A stretch of 64,000 nt of DNA from a virus. Lineage: Duplodnaviria; Caudoviricetes. The notes under the pieces are model-generated. The model was given only the letters and a program-made list of their open reading frames with translations, was not told the DNA's origin and did not search any database. The stretch spans positions 32,001 to 96,000 of IMG/VR virus record IMGVR_UViG_3300043427_003220; one strand, written 5' to 3'. Shown here piece by piece: positions 46,702 through 56,786 of the stretch (position 1 is the first letter of the stretch; each line of letters opens with the position of its first letter). The translations under genes were made by a program, and so were the position numbers.

Positions 46702-47292
46702 ATGGCTCTAAAAAATTTCCTATCTCCTAATACTTACACAAATATAAGTAATATATACTATGAAAAAAATGAAAAAAGTTGCATGGCGATGTTAGAAATT
46801 TGGCAGGACGAAACTAAAAAAACTCTTTTGGCCAAAAAAGAGGTAAGAATTAGCGGAATTGACCGTGTTCTTTCTGTCAGTAGCCTTGTAAATAAAGAAA
46901 AATCTCCTCCCGCAATTCAAAGCACTGCGATTAGTTATATTGATGGTTATACAAAAATAGAAACACCTATGGGTTATATTATTGCCGACGAAGCAGAGGG
47001 CGATTTTAAAGAACATGAAGGCAAATTAGCTAGATTCAATCCCATGACCCAAGCTTGGGACAAGTTTAAACTGTGGAACAACGCGGTTTTTTATGTTGAA
47101 GATGAAAAAAAATACTATGAATTTTTTTCATTTAAAAATGAGTGGGTAGAAGTAGAAGTAACCAACGATTTTCGTTTGTGGAATGCATGGTTTAGTCCAG
47201 AACTTGCTTTATCAAATGGCAGTAACCCTATGCAACAGATGTATAAGTTTCTTAAAACACAGCCGCAATTTAAAGATTGCGTAGACGCTTAA
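46702..47292 (+). CDS. DUF2793-like fibre-associated protein, copy 3
   Basis: Start at ATG 46702 (MALKNFLSPNTYT), paralogous to the two upstream copies. Confidence 0.65.
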   Translation: MALKNFLSPNTYTNISNIYYEKNEKSCMAMLEIWQDETKKTLLAKKEVRISGIDRVLSVSSLVNKEKSPPAIQSTAISYIDGYTKIETPMGYIIADEAEGDFKEHEGKLARFNPMTQAWDKFKLWNNAVFYVEDEKKYYEFFSFKNEWVEVEVTNDFRLWNAWFSPELALSNGSNPMQQMYKFLKTQPQFKDCVDA

Positions 47293-47328
47293 GATATTAT
47301 TTTTATTTAAAAATAAAAGGAACACACA

Positions 47329-48372
47329 ATGTCTTACATCGGTAATAGACCCTCGTTTAGTCGAGTGCGTACATCTGAATTAGTTGTACAGCGTGGGGCC
47401 GACATTACTACAGCGGGAACCATTTCGGCTCTTGATGTTAGTAACATAAGTCTTGTTCGTCTTACAGCAGCCACAGTTCTTCAAGGAATTGCTGCTCCCG
47501 CTTCTTTGATTAGCAACGGTAAAAAAGTTACCCTTGTTAACGCCAATTCTGTTAGCTTAACGGTTTCTAATGAGTCAGGCTCTGCAACCGCAGCCAACCG
47601 TATTTCCACGGGTACTAGTCGTGACCTTGTTATTACCGCCGGTGCGTCTGTAACTCTTTTTTATAACACAGCTTCTTCGCGTTGGTCCGTTGAATCTTCT
47701 TCGGGCGAAGTTAATATTGATCGCCTTCGAGTTTCTACAGAATCTATTGTATTAAATTCGCAAGACTTGACTCCCTCGGTTTTACCTAAATCTGGATTAA
47801 TTGAGCTAACCGCCGGTTCAGAGACGTCTATCCGCTCTATTGCCACGGGCGTTAATGGGCAATTTCTAGCAATTGTAAACAAAACTGGCTCCTTGTTGCA
47901 AATTGTTAATGAAGACTTAACGGCAACCGACGCCAATCGTCTTGTTACGGGCACCGGCAGTTCAATATCATTGACCAATAATGCTGCGTTGTTTTTAACG
48001 TATCTAAGCTCTGTTTCTAAATGGCAAATTGTTGGTGGAACAGGAAGCGGCGGTGAGCCGCCTACAGAAATGAGTTTACCAAACAACACTACTAGAACTG
48101 TAAAAGATGTTTCAAGTTACGAAACCGGCGAACTAAGTGGGATGGTTTTTATCGCAAATACAACTTCTGCAAATAGTAAAAGATTCCACTTTAAGGCCCA
48201 ATTTGCTAAAAATGGAGCAAATACTGACTATAATATAGGTTTTCAAACCACAGGAGATACTCCTCCCGATGGTTTTAATATAGGAATTACGTCGGCGGGG
48301 CTTATTCAGATTACGCTGCCTAACATTTCAGGTTTTAGTGCAGCCACCGCTAAATTTACGCTGGGAGAGTAA
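47329..48372 (+). CDS. Virion protein, shortened paralogue of the 37871 fibre
   Basis: N-terminal ~240 aa align with 37871. The C-terminus matches the KNGA..Y...Q.GDTPP.GF...GL.QITLP module. Confidence 0.75.
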   Translation: MSYIGNRPSFSRVRTSELVVQRGADITTAGTISALDVSNISLVRLTAATVLQGIAAPASLISNGKKVTLVNANSVSLTVSNESGSATAANRISTGTSRDLVITAGASVTLFYNTASSRWSVESSSGEVNIDRLRVSTESIVLNSQDLTPSVLPKSGLIELTAGSETSIRSIATGVNGQFLAIVNKTGSLLQIVNEDLTATDANRLVTGTGSSISLTNNAALFLTYLSSVSKWQIVGGTGSGGEPPTEMSLPNNTTRTVKDVSSYETGELSGMVFIANTTSANSKRFHFKAQFAKNGANTDYNIGFQTTGDTPPDGFNIGITSAGLIQITLPNISGFSAATAKFTLGE

Positions 48373-48436
48373 AATTTATCCGTGTTAAAATCACTACAGT
48401 ATCAATAATTCTCGCTGGAAAATGAAAGGGGACATA

Positions 48437-48862
48437 ATGGCGGCAAACTTCTTTAAAGTAAAAAATGGTCTAACTCTTCCTAATTATTCTGATCTATCCA
48501 CACTGCAGGGTATTTCTGGTCCACAAGCAGGCGATGTGGCATCCGTAGGCGGCAAAATTTACGCATACGACGGCACTTCGTGGTCTATTCTCGGCGCTCT
48601 TAGCGTCCCAGTTAACACTGTTACAACTTCTTATACTGCAACTGCTCAAGACTATTTAATTATTTGTGGCGGTTCAGCATCTTATACGGTTACTTTGCCC
48701 TCGTCCGCCGCTGGCCGTGTACTGATGGTAAAAAATAACCAATCGAACGATATCACCGTTGCTCCTGCATCTGGAACGGTTAACGGCGAAAGCGGTGTAA
48801 CAGTCGAACCACTGCAATCGGTTCAGGTTGTTTTTGATGGAAGCAATTGGCATTTAGTGTAA
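48437..48862 (+). CDS. Small virion protein with VTLP fibre module
   Basis: FKVKNGL N-terminus and YTATAQDY.I......TVTLP...V.KN...DG.NW C-terminus. Confidence 0.65.
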   Translation: MAANFFKVKNGLTLPNYSDLSTLQGISGPQAGDVASVGGKIYAYDGTSWSILGALSVPVNTVTTSYTATAQDYLIICGGSASYTVTLPSSAAGRVLMVKNNQSNDITVAPASGTVNGESGVTVEPLQSVQVVFDGSNWHLV

Positions 48863-48940
48863 TAATAAAAATTATTGATTGTAATTATAAAAAAATTATG
48901 TATTTATTTTAAATAACTGTTATTGCACTTAGGAATTTTT

Positions 48941-49471
48941 ATGCTTAAGAAGCATTTTACTATTAGGAAAAGTTTTATGGTATTCATGAGTTATTTTTTA
49001 TTTGGCACGCTAGTGTCTTGGTGGTCAATTGATAGGGTCTATTACAAAGGCCCTAAATTTCAAGCCCCCGAAACTTCGGAAGCAGTTCTGCTTTTTAGAA
49101 AAAAGTGTCAAAAATTTAAACTAGACAATATTTGTGCGCAAAGATTTCAAAACTTAGTCAGAATTGATGTAACAAACGGCATTTGGTATCAAACAAGCCT
49201 CAATCCCGATATTACAGCCATTGGGCTAACCGAATTTTCTGTATTTTCGCCATTAACAAAAATTTCTATTGACAGACGACTTCTTGTTGATAAAGTCTTG
49301 TTTGACACCACTGTCATCCACGAGTTGGGGCACGCTATTTTTTATCTGGACCATAACGATGAAAAATTAGCAATTATGAATAGTTTTATTAGTGACGAGC
49401 AATTAGTTGGCTATCGTTATGAGACTTTAGTCGATGAAATGTTTAAGGACTTTGCAGACTCTTTGAAATAA
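48941..49471 (+). CDS. Membrane-anchored zinc metallopeptidase (matrixin-like)
   Basis: N-terminal TM segment, HELGHAIFYLDH zinc motif and AIMNS Met-turn. Confidence 0.7.
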   Translation: MLKKHFTIRKSFMVFMSYFLFGTLVSWWSIDRVYYKGPKFQAPETSEAVLLFRKKCQKFKLDNICAQRFQNLVRIDVTNGIWYQTSLNPDITAIGLTEFSVFSPLTKISIDRRLLVDKVLFDTTVIHELGHAIFYLDHNDEKLAIMNSFISDEQLVGYRYETLVDEMFKDFADSLK

Positions 49472-49494
49472 GTTATTCGTTAGGGGGAGTTAAG

Positions 49495-50379
49495 ATGGCT
49501 GATAATGACGTTCTAACAGAAGAGTCTATACTTCAGTTAGTAAATCAACTAATAAGCATTGAGGCAGCGGCGCGTGAATCCGCAGACAGTCAAGAAATAA
49601 TTGACAGACAAATTGCCGACGAATCTTTGAGCCAACTGATTAGTCAGGAAATTGACAATAGGCAAAAAGCCATCAGTGCTTTGCAAACCGCTGCCAACCA
49701 GTCCATTACTCGTATTGATGGTAATGTAACTCAATTACAACAATTGTTTAATCAGCGTTATGATTCAATAACGACTCTTATATCCAACCTTAATGCGTCA
49801 TTCGATGAAAAAGTAGCGCTTTTTGATAGTTTGAGGCAAATTATTTTTGCCAATCAATCTAATATCGCTACTCTTCAAGGAGATGAGAATACAGTCGGCT
49901 CAGTAGCCAAAGCTCTTTTTGATGCCAAAGCGTACACAGACGCTAAGGTGTCTCAACTCCTAGATGGCGCTCCCGCTATCTTAGACACTCTTAAAGAGTT
50001 GGCTACTTCTATCGGCAATGACGGAAACTTTATTCAAACTATTAATGATTCTATTCAGGATGCAAAAAATACTGCTGCAGCCAATAAGCAAGAAATGCTG
50101 TCTCTTTTGTCTCATTCTCTTATTAAAAAACAGAGAATAATTCTTAACTCACAGCACATTGCCCAAGGATATGTCGAACTCCCTCATATTAACATCGTAC
50201 CCGACTCTCTAGATGGCCATATTGATAGACTTGGACTTTTTGAAGATGAAGATTTTGAGCTGTCTGAGGTTGACGGTAAGACTCGATTAATGTTCATAAA
50301 TAATTTTGCTATAGGAGGAGAAGAAGAAATCGAAGTTGGTGCCGAATTAAGGGTTAAATATTGGATTGTTCCTGAATGA
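49495..50379 (+). CDS. Coiled-coil fibre protein (short paralogue)
   Basis: GSVAKAL.DAKAYTD and APAILDTLKELA motifs, plus the C-terminal domain shared with the next three genes. Confidence 0.7.
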   Translation: MADNDVLTEESILQLVNQLISIEAAARESADSQEIIDRQIADESLSQLISQEIDNRQKAISALQTAANQSITRIDGNVTQLQQLFNQRYDSITTLISNLNASFDEKVALFDSLRQIIFANQSNIATLQGDENTVGSVAKALFDAKAYTDAKVSQLLDGAPAILDTLKELATSIGNDGNFIQTINDSIQDAKNTAAANKQEMLSLLSHSLIKKQRIILNSQHIAQGYVELPHINIVPDSLDGHIDRLGLFEDEDFELSEVDGKTRLMFINNFAIGGEEEIEVGAELRVKYWIVPE

Positions 50380-50423
50380 TTTGATAGATAAGAAATAGGC
50401 TGTTTAAACATAGGAGAGATAAC

Positions 50424-51224
50424 ATGGCCAATTTGCGAGTTAAAAAGAAACACATAAACCCAGATGCGATTGATGGAACTAAGCTAAAGTTGCTGGCTGG
50501 CGAGGCAGTTAGGGTTGTAGACGCTGAGGGCGATACCGTTGAATTGGTTAAATTAGATGCCAGTGGAAATGTCTTGGGCAATGGTTTTGAATTGGCTAAG
50601 AAACAAGACCTAGACGCTGAAGTCACCTCACGTCAAGTTGCTCTATCTGCGGAAGAATCTGCTCGTATTGCCGGCGATGCTGCTGAGCAATCTCGCGCTC
50701 TTGCTGCAGAAGCCGCCCTTCAATCCGCTATTGATGCGGAAACAACATCCCGTCAAGCTGCAATTGCCGACCTTGTCAATAGCGCTCCAGCCGTCCTTGA
50801 TACTCTAAAAGAACTGGCCGACGCCCTTGGCGGTGATGAAGACTTTGCAACAACGATTGCAAACAGATTCTCTAGCATCGAATCCAGCCTTTCTGCTGCT
50901 ACTCAGGATGGCACCGAATATACGGACGAAAAACATCAAGAAATTCTAGATGTTATTTCTGAAACTCTTTTGAAAAAAGAAGAAGTTACTCTTTCTGCTC
51001 AAAATATTACCGATGGGTATGTTGAATTGGCAGGAACAGGGATTATTGCCGATTCTATGGTAGCTTCGATTGATCGTCTCAATGTTTTTGAAAATGAAGA
51101 TTTTAATTTGAGCGTTGTTGATGGGGTGACCCGCATGACATTCCTTAATAGCTTTGCTGCTGGCGGTGATGAAGCCGTCGAAGCAGGCGAAAAGCTTAGA
51201 CTTACGTATTGGAGTCTTGTCTAA
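50424..51224 (+). CDS. Coiled-coil fibre protein (short paralogue)
   Basis: LRVKKKHINPDAIDGTK N-terminus, APAVLDTLKELADALG motif and shared C-terminal domain. Confidence 0.7.
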   Translation: MANLRVKKKHINPDAIDGTKLKLLAGEAVRVVDAEGDTVELVKLDASGNVLGNGFELAKKQDLDAEVTSRQVALSAEESARIAGDAAEQSRALAAEAALQSAIDAETTSRQAAIADLVNSAPAVLDTLKELADALGGDEDFATTIANRFSSIESSLSAATQDGTEYTDEKHQEILDVISETLLKKEEVTLSAQNITDGYVELAGTGIIADSMVASIDRLNVFENEDFNLSVVDGVTRMTFLNSFAAGGDEAVEAGEKLRLTYWSLV

Positions 51225-51242
51225 ACCTTCCGACCCCCCTTT

Positions 51243-51277
51243 GAGGCGACTCTATTATAGGGTCGCCTCTTTTTTTA
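51243..51277 (+). terminator. Intrinsic terminator
   Basis: GAGGCGACTCTA-tta-TAGGGTCGCCTC followed by a T-run. Confidence 0.85.
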
Positions 51278-51344
51278 TTGTTTTAGTTAATTCCTGCTAA
51301 AATATTTGTGCATATCTTCCAACCTAAGCAGGAGACTAATAATC

Positions 51345-54300
51345 ATGTCATTGCGTATTAAAAAGAAATTCCTTAATCCAAATGCGGTCGACGGAACTAA
51401 GATTCAACTATTAACAGGTCAAGCTCTTAAGGCAATTAATCATCTAGGAAACGAAATCGACCTTATTAAGATTGATGAAAATGGCAAGGTTATTGTTAAT
51501 GGCTATGAGGCAGCCGACAAAGCCGCTCTTGTTAGTGAAGAGTCTGCTCGTATTGCTGGTGATTTAACCGAAAAAACAGCTCGTATTGCTGGTGATGCTG
51601 CAGAAGCTGCTGCTCGTGAAGCTGCTGATTTGGCAGAGCAATCTGCTCGTCAAGCCGCCGATGACGCGCTTCAGGCTGCTATTGAGGCTTTGGGAGGGCA
51701 GGTTGGAACCAATCTTCAGACAGCTACGTCCGACCTTCAATTTTCTGTATTAGAAGAAAAAACAGCTCGCATGGCCGCTGACAGTGCCGAGCAATCTGCT
51801 CGTATCGCTGGAGATGCTGCAGAAACCGCTGCTCGCGAAGCTGCCGACTTAGCAGAGCAATCTGCTCGTATTGCTGGTGACTTGGAAGAAAAAACAGCTC
51901 GCATGGCTGGGGACGCTGCAGAAGCTGCTGCTCGCCAAGCTGCTGACGCGACGCTACAAACTGCTATTACAGCTCTAGAAGAGCAAGTTGGAACCAATCT
52001 TCAATCAGCAATTTCTGATCTTCAGGCTGCTGACCTTGTTGAAAAAACAGCTCGCATGGCTGCCGACAGTGCAGAAGCTGCCGCTCGCCAAGCTGCTGAC
52101 TCTACAGAAGCTGCCGCTCGTGAAGCTGCTGACCTAGAAGAAAAAACAGCTCGTATGGCTGCTGATGCTACCTTGCAAGCTGCTCTTAGTGCAGAAGCTG
52201 CCACTCGTGAAGCCGCTGATAGTGCAGAAGCTGCCGCTCGTGAAGCTGCTGACCTTGTTGAAAAAACAGCTCGTATGGCTGCTGATGCTGCCGAGCAATC
52301 TGCTCGTATTGCTGGCGACTTGGAAGAAAAAACAGCTCGCATGGCTGCCGACAGTGCAGAAGCTGCTGCTCGTGAAGCTGCTGACCTTGTTGAAAAAACA
52401 GCTCGTATGGCCGCTGATGCTGATGAAACCGCAGCTCGTATTGCTGCTGATTTGTCTCTTCAGTCAAGTATTGATTCAGAAGTCAGCGTTCGTTCCTTTG
52501 CTGATAGTCAGCTTCAGGCAGCAATCGACGCTGAAACAACCGCTCGCGTTGCTTCAGATAGCGCACTTGATGCTCGCCTAGATGTTATTGAGGGCGACGA
52601 TTCAACGGTTGGCTCTGTTGCCAAAGCACTCAAAGATGCTAAAGACTACGCAGACGCTGAAGTTTTGGCAGAAATGTCACGCGCTTTGGCTGCAGAAGCT
52701 GCCCTTGGAGTTAGAATTGATAATGTTCTTTCCAACGTAGACCCTTCTGCTCTTGATTCATTGACTGAAGTTGTTGCCGCTTTCCAAGCCGCTGACGGAA
52801 GCCTTAATAGCGCAATTAGTCTTTTGGCTGGCAATAACTCAACAAATCTAGATGGCGAAGTTTCTGCTCGTATTGCCGCAGACGATGCCCTTGATGCACG
52901 TCTCGACGTTCTTGAAGGTTCCGATACGGTTGTTGGCTCTGTTGCCAAAGCACTCAAAGATGCTAAAGACTATACAGACGCAGAAGTGACAGACGAAGCA
53001 GCAGCTCGCGTTGCCGCCGATAGCGCCGAACAGTCCGCACGTATGGCTGCTGATAGCGCACTTCAAGTCGCTATTAGCGCGGAAGAAGCTTCTCGCGTTG
53101 CTGCGGATTTGGTTGAAAAAACTCGTGCAATGGCTGCTGAAGCCGCCCTTCAGTCTGCTTTGGATGCAGAAGTTACAGCTCGCCAATTTAGCGACTCTGC
53201 GCTAAGCGATGCTCTTGATGTAGAAAAAACCGCTCGTATTTCTGCGGACAATACTCTTCAAAACAATATTGATACTGAGCAAAATGCACGCATTGCAGCA
53301 GACGCTGTTGAACAGTCTGCTCGTATTGCTGCTGATGCTGCTGAGCAAGTTGCACGCGAGGCTGCCGATGCCACCGAACAAGCTGCTCGTATTGCTGGTG
53401 ATTTGGAAGAAAAAACAGCTCGCATGGCTGCCGTGGCTGCGGAAATGTCCAGCCGTCAAGCCGCCGACGATGCGTTGTGGACTCGTGTTAATACAATTGA
53501 AGCGGATGAAAATACGGATGGCTCGCTTCTTAAAATCTTTAAAGATTCTAAGATTTACTCTGATATGAAAGTTAATGCCGAAAAAACTCGTGCATTAGCT
53601 GCTGAATCTACCTTGAATGCAGCAATTGAAGATGAAACCGCAGCTCGCATGGCTGCTGATGCTGCCGAGCAATTTGCTCGTATTAATGGAGATGCCGCAG
53701 AGGCCGCTGCTCGTCAAGCTGCCGTTGCCGCCGAAGCTACCTCTCGTCAAGCCGCTATTTCTTCCGAAGAAGCCGCTCGTATAGCTGCGGACAATGCAGA
53801 AGCCGGCTCACGTCAAGCCGCTGACGCCGTTCTTCAGGGCAATATTAACTCAGAGGCCGCTACTCGCGCTGCTAACGACACATCACTTCAATCAGCCATT
53901 AATGCTGAGGCTGGTTCTCGTCAGGCCGCCGATAATGCTCTCGGTAATCGCCTAAATGTTATTGAAGGTGATGCTAATACCGAAGGTTCTGTTGCTAAGG
54001 CAGAAGCCGATGCTAAGGCTTACGCAGATCAGCTAGCTCTTTCTGCAAATAGCAGTTTGCTTTCAGCAGTTGATGCAGAAAAAACCGCTCGCATTAGTGC
54101 TGACAATTCTGAACAAGCTGCTAGAATTGCTGCAGATACATCTCTTCAGAACGACATCAACTCTGAAATTGCAGCACGTATCGCCGCTGATGATGCAGAA
54201 AAAACTGCTCGCCAAGCCGCCGACGCTTCCCTTCAGTCAGCACTCGCTACTGAACTGGCCAATCGTATTGCTGGTGATGCTGCAGAAGGTTCCGCTCGTC

Positions 54301-56750
54301 AAGCTGCTGATAATACATTGCAAGGAAATATTAATGCCGAAGCCAACGCACGTCAAACCGCTGATGAAGCCCTTGATGCTCGCCTTGACACTTTGGAAGG
54401 TCCTTCAAATGTTGTTGGCTCCGTTGCTAATGCAGAGGCTAATGCTAAGGCTTACGCAGATCAGCTAGCTCTTTCTGCAAATAGCAATCTAATCAATTCG
54501 ATTAATTCTGAAGTAACATCTCGCCAAGCAGCCGTTGCTGGTGAAGCTGCTGCCCGTGAATCTGCTGATCTTGTTGAAAAAACAGCTCGCATGGCTGCAG
54601 ACACGACTCTTCAAAATAATATTAATAACGAAGCCAACGTCCGCGCTTCTGCCGACAGTCAGCTTCAAGCAGCAATTGATAATGAAGCTGCCGCTCGCTA
54701 TAACGCGGATAATGGTCTTTGGAATGGCATTGATGTCGAAAAGACCGCTCGCATGTCTGCCGATAACGCCCTTGATGCCCGCCTAGATGTTATTGAAGGC
54801 GACGCAACAACCGAAGGCTCTGTTGCTAAAGCAGAAGCTGATGCTAAGGCTTACGCAGATCAGCTAGCTCTTTCTGCAAACAGCAATCTAATCAACGCTA
54901 TCAATGCTGAAGTAACCGCTCGTCAAGTAGCCGATGATGCTGAAAAAACAGCTCGCATGTCTGCTGATAGCGCACTTGATGCTCGCCTAGATGTTATTGA
55001 GGGCTCTGATACAACTGAAGGTTCTGTTGCTAAGGCTGAAAAAGACGCTAGAGACTATGCGTATGAGCAGGTTAATGTTGAAAAAACTCGCGCACTTGCT
55101 GCTGAATCAGCATTGGGCGTTAGAATTGACAACGTGTTGTCAAATATTGACCCAGCCGCTCTTGACTCATTTACAGAAGTAGTTGCGGCTTTTCAAGCTG
55201 CCGATAGTAACCTTAACTCCGCTATCAGCAATATTTCTGTTAATGTTTCTGCCGAATTAAATGCAGAAATTACTTCTCGTAAGTCTGCGGATGATGCTCT
55301 TGATGCGCGTCTTGATGTTCTTGAAGGCGGCGACACAGTTACTGGCTCTGTTGCCAAAGCACTCAAAGACGCTAAGGGCTATACGGATTCTTCTGTCAAT
55401 GCAGAAAAAACAGCCCGTATGGCTGCTGATGGTGCAGAAACTGCAGCTCGTGAAGCCGCTGACAGTGCCCTTCAGTCATCTCTCAATGCTGAAGCTGCAA
55501 CCCGCGCCGCTGACGATTTGGTTGAAAAAACTGCTCGTATTGCTGCAGATAATGCCCTTAGTGCGCGTTTGAATTCGCTCGAAGGCGATGCTCTAACTGC
55601 TGGCTCTTTGGCCAATATTCTTGCTCAGGCCAAAGCTTATACAGACGATGAAGTTGCTTCTGAAGAAGCCGCTCGCGTTGCTGATGTTAACGCTGAAGAG
55701 GCTGCACGTATTTCTGCTATCAATAATGAAGCATCGCTTCGTCAATCTGGGGACGACAATCTTGCTGCTCTCATTGGTGCAGAGCAAGCTGCACGCATTT
55801 CAGCCGTATCTGCAGAAGTTTCTTCTCGTCAAGCAGCTGTTTTAGCTGAAGCAGGGGCTCGCGCTTTTGCTGTAATGGCTGTTACAGATAGCCTTAATGC
55901 AGAGGTCACTTCTCGCCAAGCAGCCGTTGCTGCTCTTCAAGAGGAGCTTGACCTTGAGGCTTCATTCCGTATCGCTATGGATGCAGACCTTCAGGATCAA
56001 ATCGACAACCTAGAGCTAACGGCAAATGGCAACTTGCTTGCGACTGTTACCGCTGAAGAGTCTTCTCGTATTGCCGCTGATGATGCAATTATGGCGGCGC
56101 TCAATGCTGAAACCACGGCTCGTGGAGCCGCTGATAGCGCGCTACTATCTAGCATCAATGCTGAAATTACTGCTCGTATGGCGGCTGTGCTTGCCGAAGA
56201 GTCAGCTCGTACAGCAGACGTAAATGCTGAAGAATCTCGCGCAATGGCTGCCGAATCATCTTTGCAAGCAGCTATTGAAACCGAAAAGAGCGCTAGAATT
56301 GCTGCAGATTCTGCTGCGGAAAGTGTAAGAGTTGCCGCTGATAGCGCAGAAGCTGCTTCTCGTCAAGCTGCTGACTTAGAAGAAAAAACAGCTCGTATGG
56401 CTGCTGACTCTGCACTTCAAGTCGCCCTTGATGCTGAAATTACTCGTGCATTAGCTGCCGAGGCAAGCATCAATGCGTCAATCAGCTCAATCAATGCTGT
56501 TCAGCACCGTAAAGAAAGATTTGAACTATCTGCACAAGATATTACAAATCAATTCGTTACCTTGGGTTATTTGGCCGTATCAAATTCTGTTATCGTAACA
56601 GTCAACCGCTTGGCAGCTCATCAGGGTGACGACTACACCCTCAGCGACGCTAATGGCGTAACAAAAATTACGTTTGCGGGTTCTTTGGCAACCGGCGGGC
56701 TTGAAGAGTTGGTTGCTGGAGATGTATTGTTTGTAAAGTATTTAAGCTAA
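51345..56750 (+). CDS. Very long 11-residue-repeat coiled-coil fibre protein
   Basis: Start at ATG 51345 after AGGAG. Dozens of E.(S/T)AR.AAD hendecads between the family N- and C-terminal domains. Confidence 0.8.
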   Translation: MSLRIKKKFLNPNAVDGTKIQLLTGQALKAINHLGNEIDLIKIDENGKVIVNGYEAADKAALVSEESARIAGDLTEKTARIAGDAAEAAAREAADLAEQSARQAADDALQAAIEALGGQVGTNLQTATSDLQFSVLEEKTARMAADSAEQSARIAGDAAETAAREAADLAEQSARIAGDLEEKTARMAGDAAEAAARQAADATLQTAITALEEQVGTNLQSAISDLQAADLVEKTARMAADSAEAAARQAADSTEAAAREAADLEEKTARMAADATLQAALSAEAATREAADSAEAAAREAADLVEKTARMAADAAEQSARIAGDLEEKTARMAADSAEAAAREAADLVEKTARMAADADETAARIAADLSLQSSIDSEVSVRSFADSQLQAAIDAETTARVASDSALDARLDVIEGDDSTVGSVAKALKDAKDYADAEVLAEMSRALAAEAALGVRIDNVLSNVDPSALDSLTEVVAAFQAADGSLNSAISLLAGNNSTNLDGEVSARIAADDALDARLDVLEGSDTVVGSVAKALKDAKDYTDAEVTDEAAARVAADSAEQSARMAADSALQVAISAEEASRVAADLVEKTRAMAAEAALQSALDAEVTARQFSDSALSDALDVEKTARISADNTLQNNIDTEQNARIAADAVEQSARIAADAAEQVAREAADATEQAARIAGDLEEKTARMAAVAAEMSSRQAADDALWTRVNTIEADENTDGSLLKIFKDSKIYSDMKVNAEKTRALAAESTLNAAIEDETAARMAADAAEQFARINGDAAEAAARQAAVAAEATSRQAAISSEEAARIAADNAEAGSRQAADAVLQGNINSEAATRAANDTSLQSAINAEAGSRQAADNALGNRLNVIEGDANTEGSVAKAEADAKAYADQLALSANSSLLSAVDAEKTARISADNSEQAARIAADTSLQNDINSEIAARIAADDAEKTARQAADASLQSALATELANRIAGDAAEGSARQAADNTLQGNINAEANARQTADEALDARLDTLEGPSNVVGSVANAEANAKAYADQLALSANSNLINSINSEVTSRQAAVAGEAAARESADLVEKTARMAADTTLQNNINNEANVRASADSQLQAAIDNEAAARYNADNGLWNGIDVEKTARMSADNALDARLDVIEGDATTEGSVAKAEADAKAYADQLALSANSNLINAINAEVTARQVADDAEKTARMSADSALDARLDVIEGSDTTEGSVAKAEKDARDYAYEQVNVEKTRALAAESALGVRIDNVLSNIDPAALDSFTEVVAAFQAADSNLNSAISNISVNVSAELNAEITSRKSADDALDARLDVLEGGDTVTGSVAKALKDAKGYTDSSVNAEKTARMAADGAETAAREAADSALQSSLNAEAATRAADDLVEKTARIAADNALSARLNSLEGDALTAGSLANILAQAKAYTDDEVASEEAARVADVNAEEAARISAINNEASLRQSGDDNLAALIGAEQAARISAVSAEVSSRQAAVLAEAGARAFAVMAVTDSLNAEVTSRQAAVAALQEELDLEASFRIAMDADLQDQIDNLELTANGNLLATVTAEESSRIAADDAIMAALNAETTARGAADSALLSSINAEITARMAAVLAEESARTADVNAEESRAMAAESSLQAAIETEKSARIAADSAAESVRVAADSAEAASRQAADLEEKTARMAADSALQVALDAEITRALAAEASINASISSINAVQHRKERFELSAQDITNQFVTLGYLAVSNSVIVTVNRLAAHQGDDYTLSDANGVTKITFAGSLATGGLEELVAGDVLFVKYLS

Positions 56751-56786
56751 TTAGCTAAAGTAATATAAAAAGAAAGGCACAAACAA

